From assembly GCA_963753595.1 (NCBI GenBank), contig CAVWCX010000014.1, positions 1-64,000 of the forward strand: a DNA stretch of 64,000 nucleotides, written 5' to 3'. A model generated the notes under the pieces. That model was not told the DNA's origin. It was given only the letters and a program-made list of their open reading frames with translations, and did not search any database. The translations under genes and the position numbers were made by a program. This document shows positions 20,168 to 30,862 of this stretch, in pieces. How positions within the stretch are numbered: the first letter of the stretch is position 1; each line of letters opens with the position of its first letter. The stretch comes from Candidatus Methanoperedenaceae archaeon. Its GTDB lineage: Archaea > Halobacteriota > Methanosarcinia > Methanosarcinales > Methanoperedenaceae.

Positions 20168-23100
20168 ATGGAAAAGGATAATCTTTCTAATTTAGCAGCT
20201 GCAGTAGCTGCACGTCGATGTGCACTATTTGCAGGGGCTGGACTGACGTCAGAGGAGTGGAGGAGCCACTTGGAATGACTTAGTTAAATTTCTTATAGAC
20301 AAGTTCAAATATTCCAGTCCATTAAAAGATAATTTCCAAATTATTGGAGATCTCTTAATGAAGTCCGATCCAAAGGCTGTTTATGAAGCAGTCAAAGATC
20401 GACTTAAAGACACAACGATAGAGGAACCTTTGTCGAAATTGACTGGTCTCCCTTGGTTTACCACGTTTACGACGAACTATGACCTTGCACTTGAAAAATC
20501 ATTAGAGATAAATCAATCTTTGTTCGTTCGCACAATTGTTACTGGCCAAGAGTTTGCGTTAACTGGTTTATCCTCAGAAACGCTATGTGTTAAATTGATG
20601 GGAAGTTTGGACATTCCTTTCGGTCAGCTAGGTTCAATGATTTTAGACGCTGGAGACTTTGCTAAGGCAAGAGAGGAAAGAGGAAGAATATTCGATATAC
20701 TTGCAAGTCATGCAGCCAATCTATCTTTTTTATTTATTGGCTATTCATTTGAAGATGGATTATTTTTGGAAATACTCAGTAGATTGACTAAAACAATTGG
20801 TATGCCAAAAAACACTTATTTTGCGGTATTTAAAAATGAGCCCGATGAAGAAAAGTCATATTTATTGAAACAATATGGGGTAGAAATAATTGTAGCCGAT
20901 TTGAGAAGTTTTGCAGAAGAATTATCCAAACAGGTGGCGATTCGAAATCCAAGTGATTTTTCTCATAAACGGATTATGATTGGTTCGGATATTGTGCCTA
21001 TTGATTCAACCAAAGTTGCTAACTTTTTATCGCTATATAATCCTGTTTTTTTTGAGAACTTAGAGGAGCCAATATCACCACATGCGTTTTTCAAAGGGAA
21101 TACTGAGAGCTTTAAACCATTTGAACTAAATTGGAATTATCAGCGCAAAGAAATTAAAGATGTTCTCAATGCACTATTATATGAGAAAAATAAAGACAAA
21201 TCAAGAATTATTGTAATAGAAGGAAATCTTGGCACTGGAAGGACTTTCATAATTTTGGCAACAGTTCATGAATTAATTAAAAAACATCGAGCCATTGCTA
21301 TCAAGATTCCAAGTTATGCCGTAAATCCAATTCCAAGTCCCGAAGATATTGAAGAATTTCTAAAGGAAATTGAGACAGTCTCGAAAGATCTTAAAATCGA
21401 GAATTTAGAAAGAATAGTTTTTTGGGCGGAGTTCAAACCAGATATTAATATCATATCCCAATTCAAAAGGCTTGCTTTAAACTGCAAATATCCAACAAAT
21501 TTGATCTTTGAAGATATTAGACCTCTTCACACAAATGGAGATTATTCATCAGATGATATGATTACAATAGATGCGGATGTTGATTTGAAAGATGAACAGA
21601 AAGAAGAACTAGCTAATTATCTAATAGATATATCTCGTAAACATAAATTACCTCAAATCAGCAAAGAAGAGACATTGAGAATAGTAAATGATGAGAGAAA
21701 ATTCCTTCCAATAATGTATAGGACTCTTGACCCCGCAAGACGTTCAATCGATAAAATTATCGAGGAGGAATTTAATGGAATAAAAGATAAAAGAGTCCAA
21801 TTATGTATTTCTTTTTGTTCTCTCACTTCATCTGCAGACATAATGATGCCAATTGCAATCTTACGGAAAGCACTTGGTAAACAAATTGGAAAATTGCTTT
21901 CCTATCAAGAAACTTTTGAATTAATAGGAAAAGCTAATGCTTTTGTAAAAGAAGCGGTAGATTCTCGAACCAATCCTATGGTTTCGATTTATCATCCATT
22001 AATTGCGCAACGACTTGTTCAAGTGGTTAGTACGAGTAAAATGGATGAGCATATTTTAAATATGGCCGAAACTGTTGATATACGGTCAAGGATTGAAGCA
22101 GAATTTATTGGAAATTTACTAATCGATAGGGGGGTAAATTGGCGTCCGGGTCTCTTTAAACCATTTAGCGATGAGGGATTGGAGTTAGCTCTTTTGAAGA
22201 TTAGGAGTCGACAGCCTGCAAGACCAATAATGCATCATTTGGCGCGACTTATCGCAAAGATAAATCCACTTGACAAAGAAATTATTCCACTCTTAGAAGA
22301 AGCTTTGGCTGAACCTAGAGAATCATATGCATTGGAAGAAAGAAAAGAAAATGTTTTAACAACACTTGCAAAAACCAAATGGGAACAAAACAAGGAACAT
22401 CTCTTATCTCGTCCGAGGGAAGATCTTGATATACAAGAAATCATTGCATTGCTTATAAAAGCTCGTGAATCTGCAATTCCAAACATATACCCATATGATA
22501 TTCATGCAAGAATACTTAAAGAACTTTGGCAAGGAAAAGATGAAGAGGTAAAGATAGTTTTATTGAACGAAGCTGTAGAAGTCATAAACGAAGGTTTAGA
22601 TTTCTGTGTGGATGACCCTGATGGTACATCTCGATTAAATAGTCTCTTAATAGAAACGCTATCTGAAGTGAGCACAGAAAAAGCACAAAATACCGCCAAA
22701 GAATTGCTTGAGAACAAAAAGGATGGAACAGGTTATTATACATTAGCAAGAATAGAATACCATAAGAATACGAATCCGGATGGTGCTTGTCTTTTCTTAG
22801 AAAAGGCATTGACAGGGGAAAAATATCCGCCAGGTGCAATAGCCTTAAAGATTGAGATTCAACTACAAACTAAATCTCCTCCTTATTATGATCTATTGAA
22901 CCTTACAGATCGCCTCTCGTCCGACATAAAATTTCAGGATACATGGAAATCCGCTTATTATAAAGCTATAATATATGCAATAAATGGAATATATTCTGCT
23001 GCGAATAGGTTTTTCGATATTTCCTTTAGAAAGGCACCGAGAACACTTCAAAGATATATTCAAATATTTTGGATGGAAGAAGGTCATAGAAAAGTTCACA

Positions 23101-23303
23101 CTGGGAAGATAGGAAGAATTTTCACCGAACGAGAAGGAAGAATATATTCTCACAATATTAGGGGGTTTGACGAAGAGATCTTTTTTGATCCTCGGCGCCA
23201 AGAGACTAAAGGATTGAAACCTGGATTAACCGTGGATTTTGAAATCGGTTTCTCTCCAAGAGGACCGATTGCTTTTGATGTCAGACCTCATGGAAGGAAA
23301 TAA
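20168..23303 (+). CDS. SIR2-like - P-loop NTPase - TPR-like - cold-shock(OB) protein (Avs/STAND-like defence); N-terminus split by a +1 frameshift near 20255
   Basis: ATG 20168 gives MEKDNL..CALFAGAGLTSE, continuing in the 20358 frame as SGGATWNDLV; FTTNYD, KLMGS, FLFIGYSFED; GNLGTGRT; helical repeats; C-terminal VDFEIGFSPRGPIAFDV. Confidence 0.75.
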
Positions 23304-23471
23304 ACTACCGATGAGGGAATCTAATCAATTGTCTGTCCATATTCAAACGAAAACAAGAACCTTCTGATTTGGAGTGTCAAAAACTACGATGGGGTGGAGA
23401 CGCCTCTCTATTCTGATAAAATAGGTTGCGTGGAGTTTCGCGGAGTCGCCATAAATTTATTGTTGTTTGTT

Positions 23472-23582
23472 TATAAAAATCAGAAGCTTCTCTTAATCCC
23501 CGCTCCCCCATTCTTTCTGCCTCCCCGCCCCTTCTCATCACGCGAATCCCGGCGCCGCCAGGAGCGATGGGTTGGGGGCGCC
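23472..23582 (+). repeat. GC-rich interspersed repeat, copy 1
   Basis: tataaaaatcagaagcttctcttaatccccgctcccccattctttctgcctccccgcccc...cacgcgaatcccggcgccgccaggagcgatgggttgggggcgcc aligns with the copies at 24088 and 24801. Confidence 0.85.
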
Positions 23583-23656
23583 ATTATATCATATATCGAG
23601 GTAATTTATACCACATAAGATGATTTATTTATATGAAAAACAAAAGTTAGAGGTAT

Positions 23657-23869
23657 ATGAGATCATTTCTGGTATCAATTCAGAAAGAGGATAAATTCTT
23701 TGTTGCGCGTTGTCCTGAACTTGGTGTGACTTCGCAAGGAAAAACTCTGGAAGAAGCCCAAACGAACATTAAAGAAGCCATAGAACTTTACATTGAAAGC
23801 TTCGGTGAAGACCTGCCACGAGAGATCTCAAAACCATTCTGGACCACGGTTGAAGTCGCTTATGCCTAA
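23657..23869 (+). CDS. HicB-like (UPF0150) antitoxin
   Basis: FVARCPELGVTSQGKTLEEAQTNIKEAIELYIE. Confidence 0.9.
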   Translation: MRSFLVSIQKEDKFFVARCPELGVTSQGKTLEEAQTNIKEAIELYIESFGEDLPREISKPFWTTVEVAYA

Positions 23870-24089
23870 ACTTCCTGTTATTTCAGGAAAAGAGCTCATA
23901 ACGGCTCTGAAAAAGGCAGGATTTGTCGAGGTGCGACAAAGAGGAAGCCATATATCGCTTCAAAAGGTCACTTCAGAAATAACCTACAAGACTGTTGTTC
24001 CCTTGCATAGAGAACTCGCGAAAGGAACAATAATAGATATTCTTCATCGAACAGGATTAAACAGAGATGATCTATTGGAATTGTTATAA
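23862..24089 (+). CDS. HicA family toxin (true start ATG 23862)
   Basis: MPKLPVISGKELITALKKAGF..RQRGSH..VVPLHRELAKGT. Confidence 0.9.
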   Translation: MPKLPVISGKELITALKKAGFVEVRQRGSHISLQKVTSEITYKTVVPLHRELAKGTIIDILHRTGLNRDDLLELL

Positions 24090-24174
24090 TCCCGGAATCC
24101 AGACTCCTCCTACTCTTGCTGCCTCCTCGCCCCTCTCCCTCACTCGAATCCCGGCGCCGACATGGGAGCGATGG
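24088..24174 (+). repeat. GC-rich interspersed repeat, copy 2 (5'-shortened), between convergent hicA genes
   Basis: ctcttgctgcctcctcgcccc..cactcgaatcccggcgccgacatgggagcgatgg. Confidence 0.8.
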
Positions 24175-24201
24175 AAGAATTAAATAACATAAAAGTAAAA
24201 A

Positions 24202-24429
24202 TTATAATCGAACAAACTCTTCAACCGAATATCCTGATTCTTTTATTATAGCCCTAAGGGTTCCTTTTGGGACATCAGCACCTGGATGATTAGGAACCGT
24301 AATTCTTCTTTTTGTGTCAGGATTATACCAGATTTCATGGCTGCCCTTTGCATATCTGTCAAAAACGAATCCACATTTCTTAAGCTTCTTAATGACCTCT
24401 GATGCTGTCATTGAAGGGAGTCTTGTCAT
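24202..24429 (-). CDS. HicA family toxin
   Basis: EVIKKLKKCGF..AKGSHEIW..TVPNHPGADVPKGTLRAI. Confidence 0.9.
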   Translation of the reverse strand: MTRLPSMTASEVIKKLKKCGFVFDRYAKGSHEIWYNPDTKRRITVPNHPGADVPKGTLRAIIKESGYSVEEFVRL

Positions 24430-24674
24430 GCATTTACACTAATAGGAACTGAGGTAGTAATTTTAAAACTCTTTTTTTCTTTGATTTCAAATGGAAGCGT
24501 GTCCCCATGTTCTATGTACGACTCAATCAATTTTTTAGCAACATCCTGTGCAATTTCAATTGTCTCTGCGATTGTTCTCCCCTGTGCGATTAACCCCTGT
24601 AATGTGTCGCTTGTTGCAAGATAGCCCCCTTCATCAAGCTTTTCAATTTTAATACTTATCATGGTTTCCGTCAT
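24426..24674 (-). CDS. HicB-like antitoxin (likely start ATG 24674)
   Basis: GGYLATSDTLQGLIAQGRTIAETIEIAQDVA; ATGA overlap with hicA. Confidence 0.85.
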   Translation of the reverse strand: MTETMISIKIEKLDEGGYLATSDTLQGLIAQGRTIAETIEIAQDVAKKLIESYIEHGDTLPFEIKEKKSFKITTSVPISVNA

Positions 24675-24800
24675 CAAAATACCTTCTATAATTAAAATCA
24701 CTATTCGGTACAATAATAAGTCATTCATATAATATAACGATTCCTCAGAGCATAAGCGCCGAAGCATTAAAACTGCGTCAAAAAATTATCATGATTTAAT

Positions 24801-24903
24801 TATAAAAGTCAGGGCGCTTCTCGTAATCCCAGCTCTCCCACTCTTGCTGCCTCCCCGCCCCCCACACGCGACTCCCGGCGCACAGGGGCGATGGGGTGGA
24901 GGT
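24801..24903 (+). repeat. GC-rich interspersed repeat, copy 3
   Basis: tataaaagtcagggcgcttctcgtaatcccagctctcccactcttgctgcctccccgcccc..cacgcgactcccggcgcacaggggcgatggggtggaggt. Confidence 0.85.
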
Positions 24904-25068
24904 ACAAATTGCAGCAACCGGTGATATCTTGTTAAACCCCGCCAGCGGCGGCGCTTCCGCGGGGGTATGGGGTTCGCGACCCCAGCGCCGTTAAGATAAT
25001 GTTGACCAAAAGTGTTAATAGTACGCTCATCTGCTGTTTTTTTGTATGTCTCAAATTTTACAAAATTA

Positions 25069-25698
25069 TTACCTGAACCCATACTCCCTTTTTGCTTTCA
25101 TCAAATCCCCTACCTTAGTTGAAGTCAAAAGTTCAAACACTATTAGTAATAAGAAAAAATACATAAGATTAATCGCAACTCCGGATTCCCCTTTATCCAG
25201 TGCTATCAATGCCACGATCAAAGGTGCCGCAAGTGTTCCGATAACACCTGAAGCGTGCATAAGCGCCCTTTTTATACCTTTTGCTTTAAGATATGAGAAA
25301 TAATTGATCCGAAGAGTAGGCTCGATGCGTGCAGGGCCATTGAGATAATAATGCGTGAACCTGATCCCGAAAAGCGAACCGGTCAAATAATGTGAAAGCG
25401 GGTGCAGCGTGGCCATCAGGATAAGAGTAACAAAATAAAGCATCAAGTCAGCGTTTACCCTAAAAGCAAGAACTACAGCAGCAATTGTGACAATAATTTC
25501 CAGTAAGTTCCCGGAAAATAATCCCAGAGTCAAAGATCCTTTTTCCTCAAACCTTTTCCGGCTCAAATTTTCGATTTTTCTGAGAAGTTCATCATCATTA
25601 GTCTTATCTTTCTTGATCTTATTCACGATCGATAAGAACTCTTTCCCGCTGTAATTGTTTTCAAGTTCATTAAGGCGAACTTTTAACTCATCGTGCAT
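25069..25698 (-). CDS. Hypothetical membrane protein (M50 peptidase-like, degenerate HPLSH motif)
   Basis: About four TM helices; ATLHPLSHYLTG and later HASGVIG; last gene of the pyc-birA operon. Confidence 0.6.
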   Translation of the reverse strand: MHDELKVRLNELENNYSGKEFLSIVNKIKKDKTNDDELLRKIENLSRKRFEEKGSLTLGLFSGNLLEIIVTIAAVVLAFRVNADLMLYFVTLILMATLHPLSHYLTGSLFGIRFTHYYLNGPARIEPTLRINYFSYLKAKGIKRALMHASGVIGTLAAPLIVALIALDKGESGVAINLMYFFLLLIVFELLTSTKVGDLMKAKREYGFR

Positions 25699-25714
25699 AA
25701 TTTGTGATCCTTCC

Positions 25715-26689
25715 TCAGGTGCGTCTTAGATGTTCACAACTTCCAGATACGATCTTTTCAAGATGTCCCTCAGTTGTTTCAAGAATGAGCGCTCCTTCAT
25801 TATCCACGCCTATCGCTTCACCATATATTGAGTGCGCCTGTGTGGTTATCTTTACCCATTCACCTATCGTGGCTGACATATTTCTCCATTCTTCCAGTAT
25901 GGATTTGAATCCTTCCTCCTGGAATTCCAGATATAATCCATCAAACTCTTCAAGTAATTTCCTGACAAAGCCAGCCCGATTTATTTTTGCCCCTTTTTCT
26001 TTCTTAAGTGATGTTGAACTATCCCTGATCTCATCAGGGAATGATTCCGTATCCACATTTGCATCTATTCCTATCCCGACAATAAGATAATCAATGAGGT
26101 CAGCTTCAGCGCGGATCTCTGTCAGGATGCCGCATACTTTTTTCCCGTTAATAAGAATGTCATTAGGCCATTTTATTTTAGCAGGAATACCAAAACTACG
26201 TATTGTCCTGGCAACACAAACACCTGCAAGAAGCGTGATCCTGGGCGCATGTAAAGGTTGCATCTTTGGTTTAAGTATGATGGAAAGCCATATTCCGCCT
26301 TCAGGAGATATCCATTTGCGCCCGAGCCGGCCGCGTCCTGCTGTCTGGGCTTCAGCTATTACCAGGGTACCCTCATCTACTGATGCTGCTATCTCATGGG
26401 CAACAATATTTGTACTTTCTGTCTCTTTAAAATATTTTATCTCTTTCCCGATGACCTTTGTTTTAAGTCCCGCTTTGATCTCACCCGGGGTGAGCGTGTC
26501 ACGTGTTTCAATAAGTGAATACCCAAGATTTGTTGAAGAATCGATCATATATCCCTCATTCCTTAATACCTTGATATGTTTCCAGATGGCAGTTCTTGAA
26601 ACGCAAAGTTCGCTTGCCAGCTGTTCTCCGGAAACCCGCATGCCTTTATTATTAATTAGTCTTTCAAGTATCTTATCTTTAATGTTCAT
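25715..26689 (-). CDS. birA: Bifunctional biotin-protein ligase / repressor
   Basis: [20 protein letters not shown]; [26 protein letters not shown]. Confidence 0.95.
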   Translation of the reverse strand: MNIKDKILERLINNKGMRVSGEQLASELCVSRTAIWKHIKVLRNEGYMIDSSTNLGYSLIETRDTLTPGEIKAGLKTKVIGKEIKYFKETESTNIVAHEIAASVDEGTLVIAEAQTAGRGRLGRKWISPEGGIWLSIILKPKMQPLHAPRITLLAGVCVARTIRSFGIPAKIKWPNDILINGKKVCGILTEIRAEADLIDYLIVGIGIDANVDTESFPDEIRDSSTSLKKEKGAKINRAGFVRKLLEEFDGLYLEFQEEGFKSILEEWRNMSATIGEWVKITTQAHSIYGEAIGVDNEGALILETTEGHLEKIVSGSCEHLRRT

Positions 26690-28170
26690 TTATTTCCCAA
26701 TACTTTTGCATTCTGGATATATGTACCAACCGCGGCTGTTATTGCTGCCACTTTTTTATCATCAGATACAAGAGCGGATGCAAGCGTGGCACCCTTTTCC
26801 TTTTCAGCTTCAATGACCTTCTCCACTTCTTTTATGATATTGTGATCTTCGATGAAATGAGTGGTCAACTCCCCGCGCTTGAAATATTCGTTATTCATCA
26901 CAGCTTTATGGAACGGTATGTTAGTGGTCACCCCGACGATGATATATTCATATAAAGCACGCTTCATACGGGCGATAGCTTCATTCCTGTCACATCCCCA
27001 GACTGTGAGTTTCGAGATAAGGGAATCATAATAAGGTGTAATCGTAAATCCCGTATGAACACCGCTGTCCACACGCACGCCCGGACCTCCGGAGGAACGG
27101 TATCTCCTGAGTTTACCCGGAGCAGGCGTAAAGTTGTTAAGAGGGTCTTCCGCATTCAGGCGGCATTCAATAGCCCAGCCTCTTTGCCGGATATCCGACT
27201 GTTTATAACTTAACTCCTGACCCGAGGCGATCCTCAGTTGCTCTTTTGCGAGGTCAACTCCGGTCACAATTTCCGTTATCGGATGCTCTACCTGGAGCCT
27301 TGTGTTCATTTCCAGAAAATAGTAATCGCCTTTTGAATAAAGGAACTCGATCGTCCCGGCATTAGTATAATTTACGGCGGCAGCCGCTTTTACTGCATCC
27401 TGCCCCATCTTTTCTCTTAATTCAGGCGTCACGATGGGAGATGGGGATTCTTCGATCAACTTCTGATGCCTGCGCTGGATGGAACACTCGCGCTCGCCAA
27501 CATGGATTATATTGCCATAATTATCTGCAAGTATCTGGAATTCAATATGGCGCGGCTCTTCCAGGTATTTTTCAATGAAAACTGTTGCATCACCGAATGA
27601 TGATTTTGCCACTCTCCTTGTGGATTCAATGGTTTCACGCAGTTCTTCGGTCTTCCTGACCACTTTCATACCTATGCCTCCGCCTCCAGCTGAGGCTTTA
27701 ACGATAACAGGATAACCAATTGCTTCTGCAACATCAACAGCGGAATCGAGATCATCAATACCGTTCTCACTTCCCGGTATGACCGGGATCCCTGCGGCTT
27801 TCATGGTCTTTTTTGCGGCAATTTTACTTCCAACACTTTCGATAGTTTTGCCGCTGGGGCCTATAAAAATTATTCCTTCTTTTTCGCACCTGTCCGCAAA
27901 AACATCATTCTCTGAAAGAAATCCATAACCCGGATGAATCGCTTCGGCGCCTGTTTTATGTGCTACGTCGATTATGTTGTCCATATTCAGGTAGCTCTGG
28001 CTTGCCGGGGCTGGTCCGATAGGATAAGCCTCATCCGCGTACTTTGCAAAAAGTGCGTTCTTATCGACTTCTGAATACACAGCCACTGTCTTTACATCAA
28101 GTTCCCTGCATGCGCGCATGACGCGAATCGCTATTTCGCCGCGGTTGGCTACCAGGACTTTTTTAAACAT
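26686..28170 (-). CDS. pycA: Pyruvate carboxylase subunit A (biotin carboxylase)
   Basis: [39 protein letters not shown]; adjacent to pycB. Confidence 0.92.
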   Translation of the reverse strand: MFKKVLVANRGEIAIRVMRACRELDVKTVAVYSEVDKNALFAKYADEAYPIGPAPASQSYLNMDNIIDVAHKTGAEAIHPGYGFLSENDVFADRCEKEGIIFIGPSGKTIESVGSKIAAKKTMKAAGIPVIPGSENGIDDLDSAVDVAEAIGYPVIVKASAGGGGIGMKVVRKTEELRETIESTRRVAKSSFGDATVFIEKYLEEPRHIEFQILADNYGNIIHVGERECSIQRRHQKLIEESPSPIVTPELREKMGQDAVKAAAAVNYTNAGTIEFLYSKGDYYFLEMNTRLQVEHPITEIVTGVDLAKEQLRIASGQELSYKQSDIRQRGWAIECRLNAEDPLNNFTPAPGKLRRYRSSGGPGVRVDSGVHTGFTITPYYDSLISKLTVWGCDRNEAIARMKRALYEYIIVGVTTNIPFHKAVMNNEYFKRGELTTHFIEDHNIIKEVEKVIEAEKEKGATLASALVSDDKKVAAITAAVGTYIQNAKVLGNK

Positions 28171-28173
28171 ACC

Positions 28174-29889
28174 TCACCCCACTACGAGCAATACATCCCC
28201 TGCGCCTACAGTGTTTCCTTCCTTGACAAAGATCTCCTTTACGATCCCGCCATGAGGTGCATGAATATTGTTCTCCATTTTCATGGCTTCAAGGATCATC
28301 ACTACATCGCCTTTTGAAACATTGTCTCCTTTCTTGACCTTTACCTTGAGGACCATACCCTGCATGCTTGCGGTTATTCCCCCATCCATCACTTTCTGGC
28401 GCTCTGATTCAGCAGGCCGGACAGACATTCCGCCGCCAGTTGAAATGATCTTGACACTGAATAGATCTCCATCAACCTCGACCTTGAACTCCGTAGGCAG
28501 CGGCGCAACTGATTTGCCATTATTCGGTTTTGGAGCCTCAAGCGTCTCCTCTTTTGCTTCCCCTCGCAGGAATTTGGGAGCTATTGCAGGATAAAGAGCA
28601 TATGTAAGAATATCTTCAGGTTTCTTGACGATCCCAAGGTCCTGTGCTTCTTTTGTCACCTTATCAAGCTCAGGCGGCAATAGATCAGCAGGACGGCATG
28701 TTATAGGTTTTTCATCGCCAAGCACCTTGGCCATGATCTCTTTACTTATCGGGGCAGGGGTGCGCCCGTAAAGACCTTTAACATAATCCTTTACTTCTTT
28801 GGGAACTACCTTGTAGCGCTCACCCATCAATACGTTAAGCACCGCCTGCGTTCCCACGATCTGGCTCGTTGGCGTAACAAGAGGAGGATAACCTAATTCT
28901 TCCCGAACACGGGGCATCTCCGCAAGGACTGCCTCGTATTTATCCAGAGCATTCTGCTCTTTCAATTGAGATACAAGATTGGAGAGCATTCCACCAGGGA
29001 TCTGGTATTTTAATACGTTTGTGTCAATTCTTTCTGAGATCGGGTCAAGTATGCCCCTGTATTTTTCTTTAATATCCTCGAAATATTTTTTTATCTCGGT
29101 AAGAAGGATAAGATCAAGACCTGTATCAAAAGGTGTTCCTCGTAGAGCTGCAACCGTGGTTTCTGTGGGCGGCTGCGATGTACCCCAGGCAAATGGTGAA
29201 AAAGCAGTATCAAGTACATCGACTCCTGCCTGGCATGCAAAAAGGTAGCTCATCGGGGCCATACCGCTTGTGCAGTGGCTGTGAAGGTCAACAGGGATGC
29301 TGATCTCTTCCTTAAGCGCTGTTACAAGGTCAAAAGCGTTCTGCGGTGAAATCAGGCCGGCCATGTCTTTTATACAAAGTGAGTCACAGCCCATCTCTTC
29401 AAGTTCCTTTGCCATCTTGACATATAACGGGATCGGATGGACAGGACTGATGGTATAGCAGACAGTTCCCTGGACATGTGCCCCAACACGCTTTGCGGTC
29501 TTGATGGAGACTTCCATGTTCCTTATATCGTTCACTGCATCGAAAATCCTGAATATATCAATACCTGTAGCAGCCGCATGTTCCACGAATTTAACAACAA
29601 TATCGTCAGAATAATGCCTGTAGCCCACAAGGTTCTGGCCGCGAAGGAGCATCTGGAGTGGTGTTTTCTTGACAGTCTTCTTAAGTGCCCTGAGCCTGTC
29701 CCAGGGGTCTTCATTTAGATACCTTATCGAGGAGTCAAAAGTCGCTCCTCCCCAAACTTCAAGTGAAAAGAACCCGACCTCGTCCATCTTTTCGGCTATC
29801 GGGAGCATGTCCCTTGTCCGCATGCGTGTAGCTATGAGTGATTGGTGGGCGTCTCTTAAGGTCGTATCTGTAAGTTTAACTTTGGCCAT
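28174..29889 (-). CDS. pycB: Pyruvate carboxylase subunit B (carboxyltransferase plus biotin carrier)
   Basis: LRDAHQSLIATRM, WGGATFD, IKDMAG, C-terminal EAMKM biotinylation site. Confidence 0.92.
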   Translation of the reverse strand: MAKVKLTDTTLRDAHQSLIATRMRTRDMLPIAEKMDEVGFFSLEVWGGATFDSSIRYLNEDPWDRLRALKKTVKKTPLQMLLRGQNLVGYRHYSDDIVVKFVEHAAATGIDIFRIFDAVNDIRNMEVSIKTAKRVGAHVQGTVCYTISPVHPIPLYVKMAKELEEMGCDSLCIKDMAGLISPQNAFDLVTALKEEISIPVDLHSHCTSGMAPMSYLFACQAGVDVLDTAFSPFAWGTSQPPTETTVAALRGTPFDTGLDLILLTEIKKYFEDIKEKYRGILDPISERIDTNVLKYQIPGGMLSNLVSQLKEQNALDKYEAVLAEMPRVREELGYPPLVTPTSQIVGTQAVLNVLMGERYKVVPKEVKDYVKGLYGRTPAPISKEIMAKVLGDEKPITCRPADLLPPELDKVTKEAQDLGIVKKPEDILTYALYPAIAPKFLRGEAKEETLEAPKPNNGKSVAPLPTEFKVEVDGDLFSVKIISTGGGMSVRPAESERQKVMDGGITASMQGMVLKVKVKKGDNVSKGDVVMILEAMKMENNIHAPHGGIVKEIFVKEGNTVGAGDVLLVVG

Positions 29890-30007
29890 GGTTTATGGAG
29901 CTTAATTGGCTGGAGGGTTATTTAATTTATGGTTCTTTTGGAACTACACAGTTATTTTTTTGGAATTTTCCGAAATCTATTTTGTCTTATGAGCTATCCA
30001 GAACCCG

Positions 30008-30862
30008 ATGGATAAAGAGCGCTTTTCCGGATACGGAGAAATAATCATTGCTTCGGTATTGTGGAGCCTAGCAGGGATATTTGCAAAACAGATACACGGG
30101 ATGTCAGCCCAGAGTATTATTTTTTACAGGGTTTTGCTGGCTTTTGCGATATTTTTCATATTTATTCTTATTTCCGGAAACCTCAAGATAATTGAGCTGA
30201 AAGACAAAAAGATCTATTTACTGTTATTTGGCATACTGCAGGCCGGGACAATGCTGGCATTTTTTATATCCTTATTAAAGGGATCAGTTTCGATCGCAGT
30301 ATTATTATTGTACACTGCCCCTGTTTATATTACCATATTATCCCCATGGCTTTTAAAAGAAAGATCCACAAAAAAAGGGATAATTGCCCTTGTTTTGTCA
30401 ATAATTGGTATTCTGCTGATAGTTGATCCTCAAAAACTTGATTTTACGCAGTATCCTGTTGGGATACTTGCAGGGATCGCATCAGGTATCATATATGCTT
30501 TCCAGATAATGACCGCAAAATATGCAAGTTCAACTTATTCAGGTTACACCCAGGCTTTCTGGAGTTTTCCGATAGCGACTATGATCCTTCTTCCTGTCGG
30601 AATTGCTCCTTTTGATATAGTTCTTGAAAATCTGGTTTATCTGATACTCCTGTCAATATTTCCCACCATCCTTGCTGTCTCACTTTATTTTAACGGGTTA
30701 AAAAAAGTAAAGGCACACAGTGCCAGTATACTCGGATTAATTGAACCGGTAAGTGCTGTTATTTTATCTGTCCTGTTCCTTCATGAACAGATATCAACTC
30801 TTGAACTGATCGGAGGCGCACTTATATTGGCAGGAGTTGCATTAGTAACCACAGACAAATGA
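30008..30862 (+). CDS. EamA/DMT family transporter
   Basis: About ten TM helices; LLYTAPVY..LLKE and ASILGLIEPVSAVILS..HE repeats. Confidence 0.9.
   Translation: MDKERFSGYGEIIIASVLWSLAGIFAKQIHGMSAQSIIFYRVLLAFAIFFIFILISGNLKIIELKDKKIYLLLFGILQAGTMLAFFISLLKGSVSIAVLLLYTAPVYITILSPWLLKERSTKKGIIALVLSIIGILLIVDPQKLDFTQYPVGILAGIASGIIYAFQIMTAKYASSTYSGYTQAFWSFPIATMILLPVGIAPFDIVLENLVYLILLSIFPTILAVSLYFNGLKKVKAHSASILGLIEPVSAVILSVLFLHEQISTLELIGGALILAGVALVTTDK

Noticed and set aside
23472-24903. Interspersed repeats as a CRISPR array
   Set aside because: Units are ~110 bp, diverged and separated by whole genes (500-650 bp); no cas genes in the window
23394-25082. ORFs 23394-23618 (+) and 24789-25082 (-)
   Set aside because: They are translations of the GC-rich repeat and hairpin DNA, Pro/Arg/Gly-rich with no recognisable motifs
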